A program made the translations under genes and the position numbers. A stretch of DNA of 64,000 nt from Arcobacteraceae bacterium (GTDB lineage: Bacteria > Campylobacterota > Campylobacteria > Campylobacterales > Arcobacteraceae): contig OY759974.1 of the NCBI GenBank assembly GCA_963662945.1, forward strand, positions 768,001 through 832,000, read 5' to 3'. The notes under the pieces were generated by a model. The model saw only the letters and a program-made list of their open reading frames with translations, ran no database searches and was not told the DNA's origin. Numbering within the stretch: the first letter of the stretch is position 1; every line of letters starts with the position of its first letter. Shown in pieces: positions 41,415-49,868 of the stretch.

Positions 41415-43754
41415 ATGAATCTAAACTCTATAAATAAAAAAATAGGGCTATCAGTAATTGCAATTGCATTAATTGCATTAATTGTTGGTTTTATAGTTTT
41501 AAGGTTTTATGCAAATAAAACAGAACAAAATGTCTACAGTGAAGTATCAACACTACTTAAACAAACAGTAGAACAAAAACTTAACTCAAAAAAAGCAGTT
41601 GGTATTTCAAATGCTGTTAGTATTGCAAATGATGGTAGAATTAAGAAAGCACTTAGAACAAATGATAGAAAATGGGCAATTGTAACATTAGGTTTTATTA
41701 GTGAAAAGATGAAAAAATCTACACCATTTAAAAATATTAAAGTACATGTTCACACAAAGGATAACAAATCATTTGTAAGAAGTTGGAAAACAGATAAACA
41801 TGGCGATGATTTAAGCTCATTTAGAGATAGTGTAGTAAAAGTAAATCAAACAAGTACTGCTGTAAATACTTTTGAAGTTGGAAAAGCTGGATTATCACTA
41901 CGGTCAGTTGCTTGTGTAATAGATGATGATGGAACACACTTAGGTTCTTTAGAGTTTATGCAAGGACTGAACTCTGTTGCCAAAAGTTTTGATAAATCAA
42001 AAGATGGTTTTTTACTTCTTATGGATGATAAGTTTTTAAAAGGTGAAGCAACAAATAGATTTAAAAACTATATAATATCACAAAATTTTATCAATAAAGA
42101 TTTTTTAACAGATGCTAATAGAATCGATATGAATAAACTTTTAAAAGAGAAACAATTTATGACAGATAAATTTTTCTACACTTATGTGGATATCAAAGAT
42201 TTCAATGATAAAAAGTTAGGAATAGCACTTGTTGGTTCACCTATGACAAAAGTTTCTCATGCAATTGAAGCTGCTAAAGAGATGATTAATGTTGCACTTA
42301 CTATTATTATCTTACTTGTCTTATTTATACTTATTGCTTTAATGATACTCTTAAAAAGAATTGTTATCTCTCCATTACATAGCTTAGAAAATGGATTATT
42401 AGGATTCTTTCAATATTTAAATAAAGAGGCAACTTCTGTTCAAGAGCTGCCTATACATTCAAATGATGAAATTGGTGTCATGGCAAATGTTATTAATGAA
42501 AACATTAATAAAACAAAAAATATTATAGACTCTGATAATAAGTTTTTACAAGAAGTTGAAGATATTATTCTTACAATTAAAAGTGGATTTTTAAATAAAA
42601 GACTTGAAAATAAACCAGCATCTGAGAACTTAGAAGAGTTAAGAAATCATATTAATGATATGCTTTTAAATCTTCAACTAAAAGTTTGTACAAATATTAA
42701 TGATTTAAGTGCTGCCCTTGAAAAATACTCTAAACTTGATTTTACACATAGAATTGAAGGTTGTAATAGTGAAGTAACGATGGGATTAAATAACCTTGCA
42801 AATATTATTAATGATATGCTAGTTGAAAATAAAGCTAATGGATTAACCTTAGGTGAAAGCTCAAATATATTATTAAAAAACGTAGATATCCTAAACCAAA
42901 ACTCAAATGAAGCAGCAGCAGCTTTAGAAGAAACAGCAGCAGCTTTAGAAGAGATTACAGGTAATATCTCTAGTAATACATCTAATATTGTACAAATGTC
43001 TAAACTAGCTTCAAATGTAACAGAATCAGCTTCAAGAGGTGAAGCTCTAGCAAATGAAACAACACAAGCTATGAATGAGATAGATAAAGAGGTAAATGCT
43101 ATTAATGAAGCAATTACTGTTATTGATCAAATTGCATTCCAAACAAATATTTTAAGTTTAAATGCAGCAGTTGAAGCTGCAACTGCAGGGGAAGCTGGAA
43201 AAGGATTTGCAGTAGTTGCTCAAGAAGTTAGAAACTTAGCTTCAAGAAGTGCTGAAGCAGCAAATGAGATTAAAGCTCTAGTTCAAAATGCAACAGAAAA
43301 AGCAAACAGTGGTAAAAAAATCTCAGATGAGATGATAAGTGGATATACAGCACTTAATGAAAACATCACTAAAACAATAGATTTAATAAAAGATGTAGAG
43401 ATGGCAAGTAAAGAACAACTTACAGGAATTGAACAAATCAATGATGCAGTTAACTCTTTAGACCAACAAACACAACAAAATGCAATGATAGCTTCTCAAA
43501 CTCATGATGTTGCCCTTGAAACTGATGCAATTGCTAAACTAGTAGTTAAAGATGCTAATAGTAAAAATTTTAGAGGTAAAGATAGTGTAAAAGCGAAAAA
43601 TATGAAAACTAATACTTCTTCTTCAAATACGATCAAAGCACAAGAAGTAAAACAAAAAAACTCAACAACTACAGTAAATACTAATTCAAAAATTCAAAAT
43701 AAAATCAAACCTATTGTATCAACTGACAGTGATGATGAGTGGGCAAGTTTCTAA
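41415..43754 (+). CDS. Methyl-accepting chemotaxis protein (Cache sensor)
   Basis: Cache motif [19 protein letters not shown]...FEVGKAG, MCP signalling domain, EWASF pentapeptide. Confidence 0.95.
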   Translation: MNLNSINKKIGLSVIAIALIALIVGFIVLRFYANKTEQNVYSEVSTLLKQTVEQKLNSKKAVGISNAVSIANDGRIKKALRTNDRKWAIVTLGFISEKMKKSTPFKNIKVHVHTKDNKSFVRSWKTDKHGDDLSSFRDSVVKVNQTSTAVNTFEVGKAGLSLRSVACVIDDDGTHLGSLEFMQGLNSVAKSFDKSKDGFLLLMDDKFLKGEATNRFKNYIISQNFINKDFLTDANRIDMNKLLKEKQFMTDKFFYTYVDIKDFNDKKLGIALVGSPMTKVSHAIEAAKEMINVALTIIILLVLFILIALMILLKRIVISPLHSLENGLLGFFQYLNKEATSVQELPIHSNDEIGVMANVINENINKTKNIIDSDNKFLQEVEDIILTIKSGFLNKRLENKPASENLEELRNHINDMLLNLQLKVCTNINDLSAALEKYSKLDFTHRIEGCNSEVTMGLNNLANIINDMLVENKANGLTLGESSNILLKNVDILNQNSNEAAAALEETAAALEEITGNISSNTSNIVQMSKLASNVTESASRGEALANETTQAMNEIDKEVNAINEAITVIDQIAFQTNILSLNAAVEAATAGEAGKGFAVVAQEVRNLASRSAEAANEIKALVQNATEKANSGKKISDEMISGYTALNENITKTIDLIKDVEMASKEQLTGIEQINDAVNSLDQQTQQNAMIASQTHDVALETDAIAKLVVKDANSKNFRGKDSVKAKNMKTNTSSSNTIKAQEVKQKNSTTTVNTNSKIQNKIKPIVSTDSDDEWASF

Positions 43755-43762
43755 AACTTGCC
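43742..43762. terminator. Hairpin between the convergent MCP and small protein genes
   Basis: GGCAAGTT-TCTAA-AACTTGCC. Confidence 0.6.
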
Positions 43763-43765
43763 ACA

Positions 43766-43939
43766 CTATTTGTTGTAAGGAATGAAACTATTTGGCATAT
43801 TAGCATCTACACTATTTTTTATCATTGTGTATCCAAGCCCAATAGCCAATAATCCAGCTATTACTAAATAAACAATTTTTCTTTTTTGTGGAGATTCTTT
43901 TCCATCATAATCTTCAATTTGACTTAATGTTGGTTCCAT
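43766..43939 (-). CDS. Unannotated 57-aa single-TM protein
   Basis: Hand translation MEPTLSQIEDYDGKESPQKRKIVYLVIAGLLAIGLGYTMIKNSVDANMPNSFIPYNK*; AAGGA RBS, TATAAT at 43976-43971 and a TTAACA direct repeat upstream. Confidence 0.75.
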   Translation of the reverse strand: MEPTLSQIEDYDGKESPQKRKIVYLVIAGLLAIGLGYTMIKNSVDANMPNSFIPYNK

Positions 43940-43970
43940 TTTTATTTCCTTTTTTTAATTATTTATCCAA

Positions 43971-44002
43971 ATTATAAAATTTCTTTGTTAATCAGATGTT
44001 AA
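43971..44002 (-). promoter_or_regulatory. TTAACA direct-repeat promoter, copy 1 (57-aa gene)
   Basis: Minus strand TTAACA-TCTGA-TTAACA (44002-43986), 9 nt, TATAAT (43976-43971). Confidence 0.7.
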
Positions 44003-44034
44003 TTAACGATTAATTAACATTCCTATACTACCAT
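44003..44034 (+). promoter_or_regulatory. TTAACA direct-repeat promoter, copy 2 (OprC-like receptor)
   Basis: TTAACG-ATTAA-TTAACA (44003-44019), 9 nt, TACCAT (44029-44034). Confidence 0.7.
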
Positions 44035-44060
44035 TTTCATAAATTTTGAAAAGGAAAACA

Positions 44061-46073
44061 ATGCGAAAAAAAATAGTTTTATCAATGGCAGCTGCCCTTG
44101 TAATAAGTCTCCAAGCTGAAGATTTAGGTACTATAGAAGTACAAGAAGAAATAAATACAAAGGTTGTTGGTAACATAAGTACTGAGGAAGTTAAAAATGC
44201 AGATTTAGCAGAAGCTTTAGCAAAAAAATCTGCAAGTGTTTCTCTTATAAGAAGAAGTGGTATTGCAAATGATATCGTTCTTAGAGGTCAAAAAAGAGAC
44301 AATATCAAAGTAACTATTGATGATGGAATGGTTTGTGGAGCTTGTCCAAATAGAATGGATCCACCAACATCACATGTAATTACAACTATGGTTGATAGTG
44401 TAGAGATAAAAGAGGGACCATTTGATGTGACAGAATTTGGAACACTTAGTGGTGGAGTAAAAATTAAAACCGTAGAGCCAAAAGAAGGTTTACATGGAGA
44501 AATTGGTACAACTATTGGAAGTTATGGTTATAAAAAAGGTGTTGTAAGTGTATCTGGTGGAAATGATAAAATAAAAGCTTTATTTACATATTCAAAAGAA
44601 GAAAGTGATCAATATGAAGATGGCGATGGACATACATTAGCTGAACAAACTGCCTTAGTACAAAATCCTGCACAATATAATACTATGAATGATAATAGAT
44701 ATCTAGATGCTTATAAAGATATGAAAGCATATGAAAAAAGATCTATTATGGCAAAAGCAATTGCAAATATTACTGATTCACAAGAAGTTGAAATCAGTGC
44801 TACACAAAATCGAAGTGACGATATCCTTTATCCATCAAGTGGTATGGATGCACTTTACGATGATAGTAATCTTTATAATGTAAAATATACTGCTAGAGAC
44901 TTAGGGGATTTTTCAAAAAAATTAGAAATAAAAGCTTATAGAACAGATGTTGACCATCCTATGGCAATAGATTACAGAATAAAAAATAACTATGTGCCAG
45001 CAGGAAGTAAAGGATTGACAAATCACCTTACAACAGATGTTACTGGTGCAAAAATCATCAATACACTTGATGCTTTAAACAGAGAATTTACAATAGGTTT
45101 AGATACTAGTAATAGAAATTGGGATGGAGATTATTATAGTGACATTAATCCTTTTATAAGAAAAAGTATAAATGATACAGATACAATCAACAAGGCAATA
45201 TTTGTAAAATGTAAAAATCAATTAGATAAACTTACTCTAGAATTAGGTGTAAGATATGATAATACAACAGTTGACACAAATGGGGCAGATCAGGATAATA
45301 AATACACTGATTTCAGTGGAAATATTATGGCAACATATAATAGTGATGAAAATACAAAATATTTTATTGGATTAGGACAAGCTAGCCGTGTTCCAGATGC
45401 AAGAGAACTCTATTTTATAGCTTCTAATGGAACTAGTGTAGGTACTGAAACTTTAAATGCAACTACAAATAGAGAATTAGACTTCGGAACAGAGCATCAC
45501 TATAAAGATGGAAAAATAAAAGCAAAATTTTTCTATAGTGATTTACAAGATTATATCTATTATAGAAACACTGGTGCAGCAACAAATAAATTTGAAAATA
45601 TTGATGCTAAAATATATGGACTTGAACTTAGTGGTGCGTATTACATAAATGATCAGTTTACACTAGATGCCGGTTATACTTGGAAAAGAGGGAAAAAAGA
45701 CAACCCTATTGCAGGACAATCAGATAAAGACTTAGCAGATATTACACCACCAAAATTAACATTAGCACTTAATTATGACTATAATAATTATACAAATGCA
45801 ATGATAGAATTTATCAATGTATCATCATGGAAAAATTATGATAGTGACAATGGGGAGCAACATATTAATGGGTATAATGTAGTAAATATTAAAGCACAAA
45901 CAACAATTGCAAAAAACTTTGAAATTACTATAGGTATTGACAACCTTTTTGATAAAACTTATGCTGTTTCAAATACATATAGAGACTTAACTCTTTTAAG
46001 TGATGGTACAGAAGTAATGCTTCTTAACGAACCAGGAAGATATATCTACACAAGTTTAAAATATAAATTCTAA
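44061..46073 (+). CDS. TonB-dependent receptor, OprC/NosA-like putative copper transporter
   Basis: Signal peptide, DLGTIEV TonB-box-like segment, plug GACPNRMDPP (CxxxM), barrel VDHPM (HxM), NEPGR...YKF end; ATG 44061 after AAGGA. Confidence 0.85.
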   Translation: MRKKIVLSMAAALVISLQAEDLGTIEVQEEINTKVVGNISTEEVKNADLAEALAKKSASVSLIRRSGIANDIVLRGQKRDNIKVTIDDGMVCGACPNRMDPPTSHVITTMVDSVEIKEGPFDVTEFGTLSGGVKIKTVEPKEGLHGEIGTTIGSYGYKKGVVSVSGGNDKIKALFTYSKEESDQYEDGDGHTLAEQTALVQNPAQYNTMNDNRYLDAYKDMKAYEKRSIMAKAIANITDSQEVEISATQNRSDDILYPSSGMDALYDDSNLYNVKYTARDLGDFSKKLEIKAYRTDVDHPMAIDYRIKNNYVPAGSKGLTNHLTTDVTGAKIINTLDALNREFTIGLDTSNRNWDGDYYSDINPFIRKSINDTDTINKAIFVKCKNQLDKLTLELGVRYDNTTVDTNGADQDNKYTDFSGNIMATYNSDENTKYFIGLGQASRVPDARELYFIASNGTSVGTETLNATTNRELDFGTEHHYKDGKIKAKFFYSDLQDYIYYRNTGAATNKFENIDAKIYGLELSGAYYINDQFTLDAGYTWKRGKKDNPIAGQSDKDLADITPPKLTLALNYDYNNYTNAMIEFINVSSWKNYDSDNGEQHINGYNVVNIKAQTTIAKNFEITIGIDNLFDKTYAVSNTYRDLTLLSDGTEVMLLNEPGRYIYTSLKYKF

Positions 46074-46081
46074 TCAATAAC

Positions 46082-46100
46082 AAGAGGGGTTTCCCCTCTT
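46082..46100 (+). terminator. Hairpin after the OprC-like gene
   Basis: AAGAGGGG-TTT-CCCCTCTT. Confidence 0.65.
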
Positions 46101-46112
46101 AATAAAACCTCT

Positions 46113-46144
46113 TTAACACTTACTTAACATTTTTTTTGTAACAT
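46113..46144 (+). promoter_or_regulatory. TTAACA direct-repeat promoter, copy 3 (exbBD)
   Basis: TTAACA-CTTAC-TTAACA (46113-46129), 9 nt, TAACAT (46139-46144). Confidence 0.7.
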
Positions 46145-46167
46145 ATCCAAAAATTTATGGAGAATTT

Positions 46168-46605
46168 ATGAATATAGAGTTATTAAAAGAGATTGTAGAT
46201 TATGGAATTATTGGCCTCTTAGGTTTTATGAGTTTTCTCTCATTTTGGCTTTATATAGAAAGACTTTTATTTTATAAAAATATCAATATCAAAAATTATG
46301 CAAAAAAAGAACAACTCGAAATAGAACTTACAAACAATATCTCAATTATCTCTTCATTTGGTTCAAATGCACCATATATTGGACTTCTTGGAACTGTCTT
46401 TGGTATCATTATCACATTTTACACTATGGGTCAAAGTGGAGATATAGATGTAAAAACTATTATGAGTTCTTTAGGTCTTGCACTTAAAGCTACAGCTATG
46501 GGTCTTCTTGTAGCAATACCAGCAATAATGTTTTATAATCATTTAACAAGAAAAATTGAAGTTAAACTAGCACTTTGGGATATGGAGTTTAAAAGTGCAG
46601 CTTAA
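46168..46605 (+). CDS. exbB: TonB system energizer ExbB
   Basis: SNAPYIGLLGTVFGI, ALKATAMGLLVAIPA. Confidence 0.95.
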   Translation: MNIELLKEIVDYGIIGLLGFMSFLSFWLYIERLLFYKNINIKNYAKKEQLEIELTNNISIISSFGSNAPYIGLLGTVFGIIITFYTMGQSGDIDVKTIMSSLGLALKATAMGLLVAIPAIMFYNHLTRKIEVKLALWDMEFKSAA

Positions 46606-46975
46606 AAAGTTTGATTCTATAAATGTTGTACCATTTATAGATATTATGCTTGTACTTTTAGTCATTGTACTTACAACTGCATCTTTTGTAGCACGTGGCA
46701 TAATACCTGTAGACTTAAGTGAAGGAAAAAGTGCTCTAAAATTAACAGAACAAAAGATTATAACTATCACAATTAAAGACTCTGGAGAATTATTTCTAGA
46801 TAAAGAACTTACTACACATAAAAAAATTGAGGAAAAACTTTCACAACTTAAAACTTCAACACCTATTAGCATAAATTGTGATAAAAATGCAAAATTTGAG
46901 AACTTTGTTCAAGTCATTGATATCTTAAAATTAAAAAACTTCACAAATCTAAGTATTATTACAAAACAAGAATAA
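46595..46975 (+). CDS. exbD: TonB system protein ExbD
   Basis: INVVPFIDIMLVLLVIVLTTASF; GTG start overlapping exbB. Confidence 0.95.
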   Translation: MQLKKFDSINVVPFIDIMLVLLVIVLTTASFVARGIIPVDLSEGKSALKLTEQKIITITIKDSGELFLDKELTTHKKIEEKLSQLKTSTPISINCDKNAKFENFVQVIDILKLKNFTNLSIITKQE

Positions 46976-46994
46976 TCTTATTTATAACTTAAAA

Positions 46995-47026
46995 TTAACA
47001 TCTAATTAACACTTCTTAGTTATTAT
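46995..47026 (+). promoter_or_regulatory. TTAACA direct-repeat promoter, copy 4 (second receptor / DCCP operon)
   Basis: TTAACA-TCTAA-TTAACA (46995-47011), 9 nt, TATTAT (47021-47026); degenerate third repeat ATAACT at 46984. Confidence 0.72.
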
Positions 47027-47058
47027 TCGCAAAAAATTGGGAATGAAAAAGGATGTTA

Positions 47059-49185
47059 ATGAATAACAAGATATGTATATCACTTATCTGTGCACTTGCA
47101 CTAAGTGGAAATGCAGCAGATTTGGGTACTATAAGTGTTGAATCTTCAACAATTGATGATAAATTTGAAAGTAAAAAAACTGAAGTTTCAAATACAGCAA
47201 TTATAACTTCTGAAGATGTAGAGAAAATTCATGCTACTAATGTTGAAAATATACTTAATACAATACCAGGAATTACAGCTTCAAATGTAGGAAATGATAG
47301 AGTTAAGATACACATAAGAGGTATAGATAACCAAATGTATATGGGTGAAAAACCAGGAGTTGCTGTTGTAATTGATGGTGTACCAGTACAAGAAACAACT
47401 GGTAAAATTAATCTAGACCTCGATAATATTGCTTCAATTAAAGTAATCAAAGGAAGTGCAAGTTACCTTTATGGGAATGATGCAATTGCAGGTGCAATAG
47501 TTATAACAACAAAAAGACCAAAAGGTTTAAGTAGTTCAAAATTAGAAACAGAACTTGGTAGTTTTGGATTTAAAAGAATATTAGCTGGAACAAATCAAAG
47601 TTTAGAAAATGGTGCTTTTCAACTACAAGGTACTATACGAGATAGTGATGGTTATTGGGATGATGCATATTTAAAACATAAATCAATTAATGGTAAATAT
47701 CAACACTATCTAAGCGAAACAAGTGATTTAACATTTGGAGCAGATTATACAAAACGAGAAACAGGAGATGGTTCAAGTGTACATGGAGAAACACAATCTA
47801 TACTTAATCCTAAAAGTGTTACTGAAGTTTCTTATGCTGGTTATTATGATACAACACTGATTAAAACTTTTCTAACCTATTCTAATGATATTGATGAGAA
47901 TTCAAATTTTATGGTAAATGTCTCAAGATATGAAGACGATACTACTAACCTTTCTGGATCGACAGATACTAATGGTGATAATATTAATGATGACCACAAA
48001 ACTATATCTGATGAAAAATGGATTCAAAATACATTTAAAAGTGAATATAGAAGGTCTTTTGAGAAAATTGCAATTATGACTGGTATAGATTTAGCAAGAA
48101 ATGAACAAAAGAATAAAAGTATTGCAAATTTAACTGTTGGTGGTTTTAGTCCTCAAACAAAAGGAGATATTACAGGTGATTCTAATAATAATGAAGATAT
48201 CAATGCCATATATTTTGAAGTACAAAACCAATTAACGAACAATTTAACTTCAACAATAAATTTTAGGCATGATAATATAAAATATGATTATAAAAATAAT
48301 CTTGATATGACTCTAAATACTGCACCATCATATGATGCAAATACCTATAGAGTAGGATTTAATTATAAATTAAGTGACACAGATAATATTTACACAAGTT
48401 ATGCAACAGGATTTAGAGCACCAACAGCAGAGCAAATAAGTGGAAATATTGATAAACTTCAAGCAAATCCAACATTTGATATTCCAACTACTCTTGATAT
48501 AGAAACTACGAAGAATATAGAACTAGGAATTAGAGGAGACATCTCATCATTAAAATATGATGCTTCTATTTATCAACTTGATAGAAAAGACTATTTAGGT
48601 GTAAGAGCTGGTTCTTATATTAGAGCTTCTGATGATAAAGCAGATTTAGCCGTAGATAATCTGGGAGATATGAGAAGTAGAGGATTTGAATTAGCTCTTA
48701 ATAGTGATAGAAAAAAAGCCATCTCATTTTCAACTGCTTATACATATTTAGATGCAAAATTTAAAGAATATTCATTAAAACAATTAGTTCAAGACAATGT
48801 TTTTCCAATAGCCGATGTTTATCAAACAGTTAATTTAGCAGGAAAAAGAGTACCTAGAACATCAAAACATACTTTAAATATCACTGTTGACTTTAGACCA
48901 ATTGATGGGCTTACAATATCGCCAGAACTTATAGCAAAAAGTAGTTACTATGCAGATGAATTAAACAAATTCAAACAACCTGGCTATGAAATTATAAATT
49001 TAAGATCAGAATATAAAATAAATAAATCTCTGGAAATTTTTGCTAAAATAGAAAACCTTTTAGATAAGAACTACAATCAGTTCGTAAATGTAAGCTCAAG
49101 TGATATTGCAAATAATATGGAAGATGCAACAATCCGTGTTGCACCACCTAGAGCATATTATGCTGGACTTAGATACAAGTTTTAA
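47059..49185 (+). CDS. TonB-dependent receptor, unknown substrate
   Basis: Signal peptide, DLGTISV, plug IRG...VVIDGVP...IKVIKGSASYLYGNDAIAGAIVITT, GFRAPT, ENLLDK, terminal YKF; start 47059 or 47053. Confidence 0.92.
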   Translation: MNNKICISLICALALSGNAADLGTISVESSTIDDKFESKKTEVSNTAIITSEDVEKIHATNVENILNTIPGITASNVGNDRVKIHIRGIDNQMYMGEKPGVAVVIDGVPVQETTGKINLDLDNIASIKVIKGSASYLYGNDAIAGAIVITTKRPKGLSSSKLETELGSFGFKRILAGTNQSLENGAFQLQGTIRDSDGYWDDAYLKHKSINGKYQHYLSETSDLTFGADYTKRETGDGSSVHGETQSILNPKSVTEVSYAGYYDTTLIKTFLTYSNDIDENSNFMVNVSRYEDDTTNLSGSTDTNGDNINDDHKTISDEKWIQNTFKSEYRRSFEKIAIMTGIDLARNEQKNKSIANLTVGGFSPQTKGDITGDSNNNEDINAIYFEVQNQLTNNLTSTINFRHDNIKYDYKNNLDMTLNTAPSYDANTYRVGFNYKLSDTDNIYTSYATGFRAPTAEQISGNIDKLQANPTFDIPTTLDIETTKNIELGIRGDISSLKYDASIYQLDRKDYLGVRAGSYIRASDDKADLAVDNLGDMRSRGFELALNSDRKKAISFSTAYTYLDAKFKEYSLKQLVQDNVFPIADVYQTVNLAGKRVPRTSKHTLNITVDFRPIDGLTISPELIAKSSYYADELNKFKQPGYEIINLRSEYKINKSLEIFAKIENLLDKNYNQFVNVSSSDIANNMEDATIRVAPPRAYYAGLRYKF

Positions 49186-49199
49186 AAGAGTAAAATAAC

Positions 49200-49859
49200 T
49201 TGGAACTTACCCCATATCTCTCTATATTTCTTATAGGACTTAGTTTTGGAGCAACGGCATGCATGTTTTCATGTATGCCGTTTCTTACTCCAATATTGGT
49301 AAAGAGTTCTAACAATATTAAAGAATCTTTAGGTGTAATGATTCCTTTTAGTTTAGGAAGAATTTTCACTTATACCATGATTGCTATTTTAGCATTTGCA
49401 AGTTCTTTATTCATAAAAGAGCTTTTAAAAAACAATACACTTTTGAGTTATATTTTAGGAACAGTTACTATTATCTTAGGTTTCACAATGCTTTATAATA
49501 GCTATAAAAACAATAAAGGATGCGGTATCCATAAACCTATAGTAAAAGAACAAAGTTTTTCAAAACTAGGTTTTTTTACTATGGGTGCAACTATATCTAT
49601 AAATCTATGTACACCTGTAATTTCACTGATAACAGTTTCAAGTAGCACTACTACAATCTATTCAGCAATCGCTTTTGGAATAGCTTTTGGTGTTGGGGCT
49701 GTTTTATTTACACTGTTATTTTACGGATTTTTTTTCTCTACACTTATTAGAGGATTGCTTGAACAATTTAACCAGTATAAAAAACATGTAGAAGTTATAG
49801 CTTCACTGTTTTTAATACTTGTTGGTATTTTAATAATCAGTGGCAAGTTGTCACTATAA
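49200..49859 (+). CDS. DsbD_2/UreH-like (TauE/SafE-type) multi-TM membrane protein
   Basis: About six TM helices; TACMFSCMP near the N-terminus, FSLGRIFTY, NLCTP, AFGIAFG; TTG start. Confidence 0.7.
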   Translation: MELTPYLSIFLIGLSFGATACMFSCMPFLTPILVKSSNNIKESLGVMIPFSLGRIFTYTMIAILAFASSLFIKELLKNNTLLSYILGTVTIILGFTMLYNSYKNNKGCGIHKPIVKEQSFSKLGFFTMGATISINLCTPVISLITVSSSTTTIYSAIAFGIAFGVGAVLFTLLFYGFFFSTLIRGLLEQFNQYKKHVEVIASLFLILVGILIISGKLSL

Positions 49860-49868
49860 AGGAACAAA

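Noticed and set aside
40386-43513. MCP repeat pair as a diversity-generating retroelement TR/VR or mobile-element repeat
   Set aside because: Both copies are coding, differences are not adenine-specific, and no reverse transcriptase or transposase is present.
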